NCBI GenBank assembly: GCA_022605425.2 | Contig: CM061250.1 | Coordinates: 744,001-808,000, forward strand | Reading direction: 5' to 3' | Source of the DNA: Hamiltosporidium tvaerminnensis FI-OER-3-3 | Taxonomy: Eukaryota; Fungi; Microsporidia | DNA: 64,000 bases | Shown: in pieces, positions 37,093 to 53,953 of the stretch | Layout of the letters: each line of letters begins with the position of its first letter | How positions within the stretch are numbered: the first letter of the stretch is position 1 | Position numbers and translations under genes: made by a program | The notes under the pieces: generated by a model | Told to the model about the DNA's origin: nothing | What the model saw: only the letters and a program-made list of their open reading frames with translations | The model's database searches: none

Positions 37093-39321
37093 ATTACCCG
37101 CTTTAAAAATATTATTTTTTTTTAATTTCTTCTAAATGCTCTTAATATAATTTTTCAACTTCATAATTTGTTTATTATACCAAGTTTTTATTTGAACTCC
37201 TTTAAAAGCACGTTATTTACTAAAAAGCATGTATTTGATCATTTTCATCCTCTTTCAATCAAAAATTGAGTATATCTGTTGGGTTTCATCTTTAACCAAA
37301 TTTAAAAATCTAAAAAGACAAGAAATATCCAAATAATTTAATGTTACTATACCATTTATTATTAAATGAGTGACACCACTGGTTGGAAACATTTCAGTTT
37401 AAAATAAGATTCATATCCTTGTTGTTCTTACGAAGTTTGAATGATCATTGCTTTCATTCTATCGAAATCGCAAAAAATTCCAGAGTAAAACAGGCAAGAA
37501 TCATTATTGATTCATTTTGTGAAATATGAAGCATACATAAAATCTTATGGTGTTATGAAAAGCATACCTGTAGTTTTCCACCGAACAAGTATTTTTATAG
37601 ACTTATAGATTAAGATATTGTATTATACAAATTTTCATCAATAATTTAGATTATTACATATATTTTAAACAAAATTTACCTGTATTTACATGTGTACTCT
37701 TAGATTCAGCAGATTGTGAACAAATTAACAAACATTACATTTTGTAGTTATGTATTTAATATTTTATTCCTAGGAATACATATTGACTCGGTTAACAATA
37801 TTTACTAAAAATCGATGACCTTAAAAGCGTATAAATAGTAGGAAAAATAGTAAATCTCTTATTAGAAATTCAAAGGGTCAACTGAAAAAACTAGCAGGTT
37901 GTTGAATAATAAAATAATCACTATAAAACGCTTTGGCGCCAAATAAAATTAAAACAAAATAGTATAATTATATTTTCGACATATATTTTGCCCATAATTT
38001 CTTGCGTATTGGCATTATCCGTGAATTTTTATGTAAGATAATCTCTAATAGTATAAACACAAACTTTCTGAATATTTATAGTTTTTCGAATCTAACTTTC
38101 ATATTAAACGGCAAAATTTTGTAAGTTTAATAATATAGAAACATTGAACGGTTTTTTGTAGCTTAAGTATAAATAAATTATTTCTTAGATTTAAATTTTA
38201 GTCATCTATAATTTTATAAAAACTATTATTTAGGCCAAAAACATTTATTTATTTTAAATGTTTGTAATAAAATCATGAGTATTTACCTAATAGATTCACA
38301 ACCTAAGGTATTTCCTAAAGGATTGGATTTTTTTTTCTTGTCGCCTTGTGATTTAAGGCTCATGCATTTGATAATAGTGTATTATAAAATTGCTTGGGTT
38401 TTCGATAATACTTATTCTAGCAGATTTAATTTGTACAGACTAGTAAATTTATATCATATGTTGATTGTTTGCTCTATTTACAGTATTACTCTGTAGTTTT
38501 TCTCTTTAATTTCCTCTTCTCAAAGATTTTTTCGTAAATTTTGTAAAATTCATAATTTTCGACTTGTGTAATTTTTAAAATTCTACTTCATTCTATATTT
38601 TAGCATCGTTTTTTTCCTCCCTATTCTTCTTGTCTAGATTATTATACCTCTTGAATAAAATAGTTTTCATGAATAGGTCAAGGATTGCCACTTTCTCTTA
38701 TTTAAAATTCTTAGGCTTTTTCGTTATATCGGTTAGATTTTTAAGCTTGCATAAGAAACTAAATTTCACTTATATATATTCAGAAAGGCTATTAAGGATT
38801 CAAAAAGCAAGTGCATCTAAAATTTTTTATACTTGTCCAAACATTATAACATATTTCTCAAAACTTTCCAAACCAAATATCTTCCTTAAGAAAAAAAAAT
38901 TTCTAAATCTTTATTTAGATTTGCATTATAGCATGTCACGTTCTGTAAATTTTATAACTGTAAGCAACAGATAAAAATTAAATGTCTTTAAAAAATATTT
39001 TTTTCTATTAACAATGTAATTTATCTAGATTGTACTTTGTAAATAGAGACATAGTTCTTTGTTTATTAATTAATTTTTTGTTTTATTTAGATATCTTCTT
39101 AAAACCTACCACAAGCCTTCATAATTCTTTTTATCACTCATAGTTTTTATTTTTTATAGATATTACTATTTTTATTGTAAGAACTTTGAAATTATATATT
39201 ATTTTATATACGCTAAACAAAATATATAAATTATTGGTAATTTAATGTGCAGTTTTTTTTAATACGATTTATGATTTTTATTTTTGGCAATTAAATTATT
39301 TAAGTGTGAAAAATGGGTTAG

Positions 39322-39465
39322 TAACCACAATAAATATAATTTTTTTAATTTTTTGAATATTTTTACCCAAGAAATCTACCCTTTAGGAAGATGTTGATGG
39401 TTTGTTTGCTGTTCGATTTAAACGCCGTCTGCTTCTTCCGATTTTATAATTTCAAAACTAAAAAT
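39322..39465 (-). repeat. Solo copy of the sequence upstream of the degenerate LINE ORF (putative LINE 5' UTR)
   Basis: AACCACAATAAATAT...TGAATATTTT...CTACC.TTTA.GA...TTTGC.GTTCGA matches 32768..32910. Confidence 0.6.
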
Positions 39466-42400
39466 TATTTAAAGAAACAATAAAATAAAATTATGTTCCT
39501 ACTTTCAAAGCATATTTTGTTTCTTGTTTTAAGTTTTTCATTGGTATCTAAAAATTGAAACAATACTTAATTTTCCTGTCTATTTCATATATATAATCAT
39601 ATACAGCGACACACATGAAATTATCATAATTAGAAGACATTTTTTTTTATTAGTCTTATTCATAAAAAGAAGATTTCCGATTTTAATTTCGCAATTAAAC
39701 GATAATTTTCGTCTTAATCATAATATATAAATTCAAAAATAAAAGAATTTTTTAGTAGATTCCTGGCACAACAGTCGAATTAGTTTTTGATAAAAAAAAT
39801 ATTCAATTTATGAATGTAAGAAGAATAAAATGTACAAAAACTTGGGAGGAAAATACAATGAAAATATTTCAATCTATATTTTACAGGCAATTTATATAAA
39901 GGCAATTTGGCATCTTTTTGATATTTTATTATTAAAAAACATGAAGGTTGTATATCAAAATATAAAAGCACAAACAAAAATCTACGCCCGACAAAAAACA
40001 TGCGCATTTAAGCACAAAACGTCAAATGGGAGAGTTTTGTTTTTTAAAAAAATTTTCGTTGTAGAAATTTCCTGTTGTGCGCCTGTTTTCTTTACGGTAC
40101 TTGGATAAGTCAGATTATCATCTGGGTTTGCACCAAAACCTACTATAATTTCTTCCTAATTCTTGGATAACATTCTTGCACAATCTCATATGAAAATCTC
40201 AAAGAATGAATTTTTTCGGCCAGAAAATATTTTAACTATGCCTTGAAAATTCTTTTCTGGATTAATTTTATTTAACATTTTATGTTTGTTATCTGAAGTA
40301 CCAAAATCGGCGTATAAATTCTAAAAACTAATATCGTGGTATTTCTTTGGGCGGTACCCCTTCCTTCGACATCTGAGACTCAAACTCTCCCTTTCACGCT
40401 TTTTAAAGGCAAAATATATTGATTAGTGTTCAAGAATTATAGATCCTATTCGTTTGTATTGCTTGTTGAAATCTTCTTTTTTTTACATGTATTATGCCGT
40501 TTTCCTCTTTCTGATTCTTGAAAAAACATTATAACCCGCAGTCAAACTCTTTTCGTATATAAGGACAAGAATATCAAATGGCTCAATGACATTTTATTCT
40601 CTTTTGTTTTATTGACATCAAAACATGGATTAGATACCGAAGTCGGGCATTTTAAACAGCTATCAAACAAAAATACATCTTTCTACTATGTTGAGATATT
40701 TGTATGTTAACCGGTTCTTTGTGGCGAATTATTCTATCTACAAATTGTAAAGTGTTTTTATATTATAATATTATTTTAAAGTCTTCTTCATGATTTATAT
40801 TTTGCAGACGCCTTAAAGTAGAAAACTTTAAAGGCATAATTTAAATTCTATGGGAATATGCTCTCATACATTGTACATTTTATAAGAAAATAAACAGCTC
40901 TATTTTTCTCAATCATAATTAGAATAAAACATAAGACTTCTGACTATTTTCAGCTTTAATTCTTTTCTGGCTTGTTATAAAGCATATTTTCAACATTTTG
41001 ATTGGAACTTTCGGCCGGCTCTGAATTTGAGAGTATCCGAGGAACATGTACTATCTTAAACCTGATCATATTCTAGATAACTATTTAATGGTGTCATAAG
41101 CTAATTCTCTGCCATTGTAGCTTTGCAAAATAGTAAGCGCACCACAAATGATAAAAATATACAAAAGTACATAAGCTACTTATTCGGGACTTTATTTTTT
41201 TAGGTTAAAGTTAAATATATTTTGTAAATATAATTTTGGTTTATTAGAATGACTTTATACTGATCTTCGAATTGTAGTTGGATTTGCTTATATAACATTG
41301 TCATCTTTAATTCATGTATTCGCAAGTTTATTTCCGGATATTTTCCTTTTTTGATATCTATGTTTTTTTATCAATAGAGCACATAATTGTAAAAGGATTA
41401 CTACCATTTCTCTTTTGAAGTTTTTAATACCATGAAGTTATTTCCTTTTCCGATTCGTCTCAACCATAGTGTCTAATTGTAGCATATGCATCAAGGCGAA
41501 TCTGAAATATCTCTTCCCGATGTACATAAAGCCCAAGCACCCTCTTACCTTTATTTATAATAATAATTAAATTTTACTTCTCTCAAAATTGATCATGTCG
41601 AACGAGATTACTTCCGCAAAATATTTGAGTTTTTTTGGATAATAATTTTCTATAAATGCTTTAACCATATTAGTAGCTTCAAATATTGTTGTTTCGGGAG
41701 AATTTATGTATTCTGATCTAGATAAGCATCTTTATTCAGTCGAGGTTGAAACGAGGCCCAATATGTTCACATATATTAAAATCAAATGCTATGTTTTATT
41801 TATTACAAAAACAGACAAACTTTTATTAAGAAAAAACACCAAAAAATTCTTAACTCGATGTAGTAACCGGTTGTACAAGCCACGGGACGAGAATGGTGTC
41901 TGATTGATCGGTGAATTTTGCTTCACGCAAATCGCTAAATTGATGTCGATTTATTAAAATCACTACAAATCATAGCGGTATTAATGGTGATCGGGCATTT
42001 AATAAAGTATTCTAGATTGTATTAAAAATTTATTATCGCTTAATTATATTCGGCATTATATATAATTTTCGGGCAAATTAAAAGTGCGCAATTATCTAAA
42101 TTGTTCCTAAAAAGAATATACTTCTAGCAGAAAACATATTTTATAAGCGTATTCGCAGAGACATATTATTATGAAAAATATGTATAAATCAAAATTTACA
42201 AAAAACAACAACAGGTGTAGTAAAGGGCGTATAAAGATATACATAGTTAGCTTAGGCATCCAAAATACTTCAAATAGCATTATAAGAACATAAGAAAATA
42301 CAAAATATGGTCATGTTTTGTCATTTAACAACACTTATAAATTTAAATCGTCTAAAAACGAGTTTAAATTCTCTTAATGAAGCGTCATAAACTAGGTCTT

Positions 42401-45400
42401 TTTTTTGCTTCGGGTTTCATCATTCACGCTACATCAACGTAACACACAGCCAATATTACGTGAATCGGATATTCAGCATATACAACATACAATTAAAATT
42501 ATATCGGTGCAAGATATAATTTTACATTGTGAATGTTATCTGTTATTTATAATAGAAATGTTTCAATATAAAAGAGGTATTTTTGCAATTATATTCAGTA
42601 TAGTCATCATGTTTGAAAATAAAGAACAATTTTCTGCTTTTGTGCCAATTTTTTTTGAGTAGAATTTAATATTTCGTTATTTTTATACTTAATTTTAATA
42701 TAGAAATCGTTTTTAATTTAAAACTTCTTTGATAATACAAATACGAGCAGTTTGTTTATAGTTTAAAATAAATTCTCGGATTTTTTTTGGTTATTAATAA
42801 GTTTTAAAAATTTAAAATTTACGCATAAAATTGTTAAGTAAATATAATCTAAACACAATATATCGAAAGTATATTTTGAAAAGTGTATAGTTAATTTCAT
42901 TTGTATAAACAGGCATTTGGCAGTAGTTTTAATGTAAATATTATGAAAATTTGAAATCTCTTTTTGGATGAATTTTCGGATGTAAAGCGAAGAAGATAGA
43001 ATGTAATGATACAAAATGTCTGCATTTTCAAGCAATTCCAGGAACATAACTCACCTGATAAACAATAAGCATATATCCAATGAAATTTAATATGATATAT
43101 CAAAAAAATCAGAGAATACATCACAAAACAAAAGAAATTTATATACCTTTTAAAATATCAATTTGCAATTTAATTTTTTTAAATAAATGTATAATTTAAC
43201 GCGAATTTTCGTCGGAAATTAAAAAACCATTGAAAACACACATTCTAAGATTCTAAACCAAATCTTCTGATTTTGAACGTGATAAATCTTTTTGGAAAAC
43301 TAACTATATGGTTAAAAAAATTCTCTAAATATAGAGCAATTTCACCTAAGGCTTTAATTTCCAGGCTTATTTGTTGCAAACGAAACAAGGATTATAAAAT
43401 AGAAAAAAAGGTGTTAGAAGTCGGCCTAAAAATATAGAATTATAAAAGAATAATAGTTTTTTTAAAAACTGAAAATATTTTTCGTTGAAAACGATACATA
43501 CAAGAAAAATGTATATTTATTCATTTTTTTGAAAAAAATTACTTTCTTTCGAAAATCTTAAAGCACATATGCTAAACAGCGTCACAACTAGAACGTTTCC
43601 CGCTTTTTTAAAGTTGAATGTAAAAATTCGTAATGTTTTTTATACTCCAGAGCAAGTAATATGTTCTTATGTACTTTCTTTGTTAGAGAAGAGCAGAATA
43701 AAATTTATAATTGGCAAATTCGAAAGAAAGAACGGACTTAGATAAATTGAACCAAATTGATTATTTTCCGATAGATAAATATTTTTATTAGTCTATAAAC
43801 GCAATAACACAGATATTCTAACGGCCAGCTATAAAAACATCATATTTTTCTATACGCTTGAACTAATAATCAAATATGTTCCAAAAAAATTAAAATTTTT
43901 ATGTAATTGACAAGACAAATATTATAACTTAAGCTTAACACTAGATCATTTACATTTTTTGTGAATTTATAAATTCTAAAAAAAATATTACAGTTTTCAT
44001 AAACATACTTGGTTAAGTCATATAATTTAAAAAAGTTTGTATCTCGGAATCTTAATTAATATCATTTTAAAATTAATATAAAAAAAATCGAAAAGTAGAT
44101 TTTCAAAAAAAAAGATTTTTGTCAAATATTTTTTCTTCTTCCGTATTTATAGAAATCAGTTGAAGCAAAATACCTCGCCTGTGTAAAAATATGAAATATA
44201 ATCCTGACTTAATTTTTGAAGCCCAATTTTTCGAAATCCTATTTCAAATCTAAATAATCCTATTTTTCAGATTACATGATTTTTTTTATCAAATAACTCA
44301 AAACCAATAATAATATGTGACATTTTATTGCGGTTCGGATTCTCTTAAAAAAATGTTATTAATATACTGCCTAGCTTTATAAATATTAGATATAAATTTA
44401 ATATTCATTTAACTTTATTAATAAATTACACATAATATCTAAATATATAGACAAGTATATTTATAAAGATTTTGATTCTAAATAAAATATAGAAATATCA
44501 ATATCTAAGCATTGTTTCAATATTTTTTGTACATATTGAATAAAATCTTTGAAATGAATGAAATGACAAATAAACTATAGAAATAGACTTGATGTGTAAA
44601 GTATAATGCTTCCAGAAACACAAATATTCCACCTGATTTAAACATAGTATTAAAGGGTAGGGTTTTCAATTCAATAAGTAATATTCTTTGTTTTTTTGGA
44701 CTTATTTACTTTTTTCTCATACTTTTACTGCTTATATGAAAGACTTGTATTTCAGATAACAAATTCTTTTCATTTGAAAACATAAATTAAAATAACTACA
44801 AATTCGATTTAATCATAATTTAATGGTACCTTACGGATCATAACAACCGTAAAAGCATTCTAAATTTAAAAAAAATATGACTATAGCTTTTCTATAACAG
44901 TAAAATTTATTTTACATAAATATTTAAATAGAAAGGCATAAAATTATTTAGATGCTTCGTCTGAAAAAGAATCCGTTTTCTTAATTTTCTCTATTCTCTT
45001 TAAATTTTCATAATATTTAATTTTTAAAATCAACACTATTTTTAGAAACTGTTTAATACTTGTCCCGCATCATTCATTACACTACCACCTTAAGCAATTC
45101 TACTCAATCAAAGGAAAGTTGAAAGTGTCATTTTCATCTCCTTGAAAATACTCTTTTTATGTAGAGATTTTTTTGTAAATAGTTAAAAAATTACCTTTTG
45201 TTAACGACCTATACCTATATATTTTCTATATTTCAAATTTACATCTAAAATACTGTATTAAAGACTTTAATATGATCCAAAAGATAACTTTAATTCTATT
45301 GGGTTGTAAAAATCTCTGTAAATGTGCTTGATTAATAATATCAGTTTTTGAAATAACTAATATTTATTTAATAACAATATAAAACACAAATTCTTCTTGT

Positions 45401-48400
45401 TCCATTTATAAATATCATATTATAATTTTAACACATACTTTTTGGCTGAGACTTAAATTTTAATAAAATTTTATTTCATACTATGTTGTAATTTTTTTGA
45501 ATTTATGTTTAAATATTCATATAAATAACATGTATTAAAAAATAGGAAAAAAATGGTTTTTTATATTTCTTACCAAGACTTTGGTATAAAGTGTGATCTA
45601 TATATTATAAGACTTAATACGTGGATATAACAAGGTTTTCTGTTAGGAAACAGCCACCGTATTTACTGAAATAACGAATTCATATTCTTTGACTTCAGCT
45701 TAATTAAAAATGACGAAAACCTCTTGATTTCGTTTACCTCGATACTCATTCAACAATTTTAGTTGAAACTATTAATTTCTACAAAAAAATTAAAAAGTGT
45801 GTGTTTTTAAGAAGAAATAAAGATTCATCAGATACTAACTGCATTTGTTCTTTTATCAGATAATATCATGAAATTGTGTGCTAAATTATATTTTTAAATT
45901 CAAATTATGTGCTGAAACACGAAATAAAAACATTTTGATCTTACTTTGATATTCAAATAGTATTTAGTACCGCATCGTAAAATATTACAGCGCTTAAACG
46001 TTTTATAGCGTATAAAAATAGTAATTGCAACTACGAATACTCAAGACAGAATCAGAAGTCGCTCTTACTACTAAAAAAAGATATCACTAAAATAAATTTA
46101 AATATTTTTACAAAATTATATTTACATGTGGTTTTAATCATTTTTTTGGAATGATTTAAATGAAGAATTGACATTTAAAGCTGTCATAAGGAATAATTTT
46201 TATAAAAAAATAAATGATTTTTTCTGTATCTCTTGTGGGTCGGAAAGAAATTATATAGGTAAGAAAAAGGGCAATTAAAATGCGAAGAAAGCTCCGAATA
46301 GAACTAAGCAAACACAAAAGGAATTGTTAAAGTTTTTTAGCATAAAGTCTAGGAGGAATTAATATTTTTGCGAAAATGTAAAGACTTTATATTTTAAAAT
46401 TTACGTTAAATACTAATCTTTATAAAATTCTCAAGAAAGATTCTTGGTAGATTATGTTTTTTTTATTTCGTTCTAGTAGCTTTGCAGTAGTAATAATTTC
46501 TAAAATGCTCTCTTATTTAGAAATATATTCTACTTAACTCTAAAAATGAATCCAAAAAGCTTCAAATTAGTCTACTGAGTGAAATTTCTTATACTTAGAA
46601 TAATTCTTTTGTTCTGTAGAGTTTTAGAATAAGAATGAAATTATATAGAAGTTGTTTTTCTGTGTAGATAAAAACCTGATATATAATAAAAACAGAAATG
46701 AGAAAAATAGAAGTAAAAGATTCAAAAAAAGCAATACACTGTCTGTTTCACACGTAAAAGTTTTGTATGATCTTATAAAGTTTTTTTAATTGTAAATTTG
46801 ATATATTATTGATAATTACAGTAAAAAAATAAAAACAGATTCTCAACCTATAAACATCTTAGTACCTAAAAAACTAAAAATAGGTTTATAAAACATCTAG
46901 AAGTGCGTTAATATAATTAATCAAGCATGTCTGCAAAACCAAGGGCATTAAATCTATCAAACGTTTTTGTATACGATGATATGATAAGATGCTAAGCAAA
47001 TGATAGATTATCTGTTTGTTTCAAAATAAAGAAAATATATTATGCAACGTATTAATATAGCTATTTTTTATTATATTTTTTATTATATTTTTTATTATAT
47101 TTTTTACATAAAAGCTTGTTATTTAAAAAAGCAGTAAATATTATTTAAGCTGTATTTTATTTCATACCAAAAAAAAATAATTTATTAAGAAAACGAAGAA
47201 AAAAACATAATTTCAGAAATTTTTGTTTTCAATTTTTTGCGTTAAAATTCTAGAGTTATTCTGACAGTAATAAAGATATTTATGTCCTTTCCATTTTTAT
47301 AGCTTAGAAAATCATCTTAACAAGCTAAATCTTAGTATATTGATAATAAATAGAAAAAAAATGATGATAAATTAGTTTAGAGAAATAAATTAAATTATTT
47401 TCGTTAAGAAAATAAAATAACACCCAGTAGAGATAATTTCTGGTTATGTACTTTTATTTGTCAAAAATATACGCTTAATAGCAAATTCCATACTTAAAAC
47501 TGGATTTATTTAGGATATTTCTAATAAAATATTACCATTTTATGTCCCTTTACACATTCTTTAAAGTATTTTAAAGCTAATTCTTCTAAAATACTTTTTG
47601 GGTTGATTGTTTTGTAGTAGATGGATAGATTAACTTTAGAAATAATTCATAACAAAATACATTAGAAGTGATACCCTATGTATTTTTAATCGTTATATTT
47701 TTACATTTAAAAGTATTTAAATTGTAAAATAAAACAGACGAAGTTTTCTTTTCGAATAAGAATTGCTTTTGGGATTCAAATCTAAAAAGTTTAAAAATAA
47801 CGGCTTGTTTAACGATATATTGTTGATAAAATTTAAATGATTTATAGTTCAACTAGGGTGTAGGTAGATAAGCTAATATGCGAAATAAATTTGTATTTTC
47901 TTCTACAAAGGTTCACTAAGATTTTTTTGTTGGTAATTCGACCATGCTTTTTTTAAATAGCAATTTCAACTTTTGTAGAAACCCACATAGCAATTCCGTA
48001 TATATAAAATTGAGAAAAAATACTTTGCATTCCTTATATTATTGATTTCATACTATGTTTTTTTTAATACAGAAATATAAATTTAAGACCGAGTATCATG
48101 TAGAACAGCCTTAATATTTCTATTTTTGCTTTTCATGTATGATTTCCAGTATAAGAAAGAAAAATCAAAACACATGGCCGCAATACACCTGTGAGATTAT
48201 TGATGCTGATTCGATTTGTAGTAATTAATCTTAAATCCGATTAAGTGACACGTTTTTTTTTCAAATCATGGATGTTAGAAGGTAAAAATATACCAAACCT
48301 CTAGATATGATAAAATTCAAAAAAACTGATACATGTTTCGTAACAATTATAAAAAAAGCTTTCGTAAATTCAAATGGTGAACAAATATATTTCCTAAAAA

Positions 48401-48412
48401 TATATTTAACAT

Positions 48413-51814
<3,402 letters not shown>

Positions 51815-53619
51815 TATTTAACATAATAATAAACGTTTTATAGTTCAAGTAAACTGCAATATAGAAATACAAAAATCTATAATCTATTTTTGCGTTATAG
51901 TCTGCGATATTGAAATATAAAAATCATATATAGCTACACTAGCCAAAATTTTGGAAAATTTTAATCGACTCAAAATTGTATAATAAATACATATTGCATG
52001 CGTTATAGGCCAAAACAGATCCATTGCTTGTAAATTAAAACTCATAAGTTGTAATTTAAACATATAAACGAAGTACAGTCTTTACAAAGAAAGAAATAGA
52101 GATCACTATTTTTTCATAAAAGCTTATATAAGTAGAACATGTGATAAGAAAAGGCGCCAATGAGAAAAATAGAAGATTTTTTTTCTATCTTTAAATATAG
52201 TAATTTAAAGGAATAAAAACCATATAGGTAGCAATAAAAGGATTTTAAGATCTTTGTGGTCTGTTTCTAAAGCTTAAGAAATAAAAATATATTTTTTGAG
52301 AACAAATTGGTGCAAAATAGGATGAAAATATATTTTTCATTTCGAATATAAATATAATTATCATAAAATCTTTAAAAAGTATATCGAAAATTTCCAATGT
52401 TTTGAAAAGTTGCTATTTTAGGAACATATTAGACGTATAAAGAATATGACTGTGAATCCGCATTTAAGTCAATAAAAAGATAACTTTGAAATTATAAAAA
52501 TAGGAATATACAGATTAAATAAATTTCCAAGTTGAGTTTTAAAAATAAAATTAGATATCGAAAGTAAAGCTCATTTAAAATTTGTATCAATACATTCAAA
52601 CTAATTATTAAATAAGAATGAAGGTAACAAAATCTTTGAGATGAGATTTACTCAAACGACACTTTTATAACCGTAAAAAGTTAAATTTTTTTTCATCAAT
52701 TATTGCATTGTAATATTCTAATTCAGTATTAAAATACTCCTTTATGTTATTACTAAGATTAGTATTGTTAACAACTCATCTGTGTATTACATATTAACTC
52801 CATATAGTAGTAGAAATATAAAAATATATACTCTCAAAGGACGTTTTCTATTCTATTAAGAATTCAAAGCAAAGAAAAAGATGTTTGTCTTACTAACGAA
52901 AGACTATATGTATAAAAATAAAAAGGGAAAGAAATCAAACCAAATTTAAAATCTATAACCTAGAATTCAATAATAAAGAAATATCAACAAATGTTTAAAA
53001 TAGTATTCCAAATTTTTAGTTCTACAAAATATCTAAGAATATAACCGCAATCAAAATCCTAGTTCATTAGTTAAGAACTATCTAATACATGTAAATACAT
53101 ATCTAATTCTTAAAACCGATTTTAATTTCAACTATATCTTATTATTTAAGAAATTAATATCATTTTTCATTTATTATTCAATAGAATACCCTTTTTTGCA
53201 AATCGTTTTATAATAATCTACAAATCTTATAAAAATATCTTTTTAAAACATCTTTCAAATCAAACAACCTTCAACATTAAAAAAATTTTTCTAAAATATC
53301 TTTTTAAAACATCTTTCAAATCAAAACAACTTCTCATTCAGAATCATTTTACAAAAAAAAATAAAATATATTTAATAATAATTAATTAAATTAATATTTT
53401 AACTAAAAATTATTGTTCTAAAAATTTTATTTAAGTATTCAAAAATCCAATATTTCAAAAATTAAACCTAATATATGATTAATTTTATACTTTTATAATC
53501 TATTTATAAATACTCTTAATTATATTATAATCTACTTACTTCTAATCTTAAAAGACACAATAATGTTACTAATTAATCAATGACTTTATTTAATCTTATG
53601 GCTTAATAAATTTTTTGAC

Positions 53620-53790
53620 TAAAAAACCACTTTAATAATTATTTAATATAAAATTTATGATTTACAAAAGACCTATGAATTACTAATTTTTTTAAATAAA
53701 AAAACCATTTTAATTATTTAATATAAAATTTATGATTTACAAAAGACCTTTGAATTACTAATTTTTTTAATAAAAAAACCACTTAAATTA
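53620..53790. repeat. ~78-bp tandem duplication downstream of Cnd1
   Basis: AAAAAACCA.TTTAAT..TATTTAATATAAAATTTATGATTTACAAAAGACCT.TGAATTACTAATTTTTT occurs twice. Confidence 0.85.
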
Positions 53791-53953
53791 TTTTATAAAA
53801 AATTATTTTTTTAAATCTAATACTTACTCACACATCGCTAAAAAAACTACGTAAGTTATTTTATTCAAAATTTGTTACTTACAAACGACCAATAAATTAT
53901 TTGCTAAATACCAATAAATTAATTGCAAGAGACCTACTTAAAACTTACTTTAT

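Noticed and set aside
37150-37480. Possible Merlin/IS1595 transposase relic (NDHSNFV, SGVTHLIING on the minus strand)
   Set aside because: The motif resemblance is too weak and no TIRs or TSD were found.
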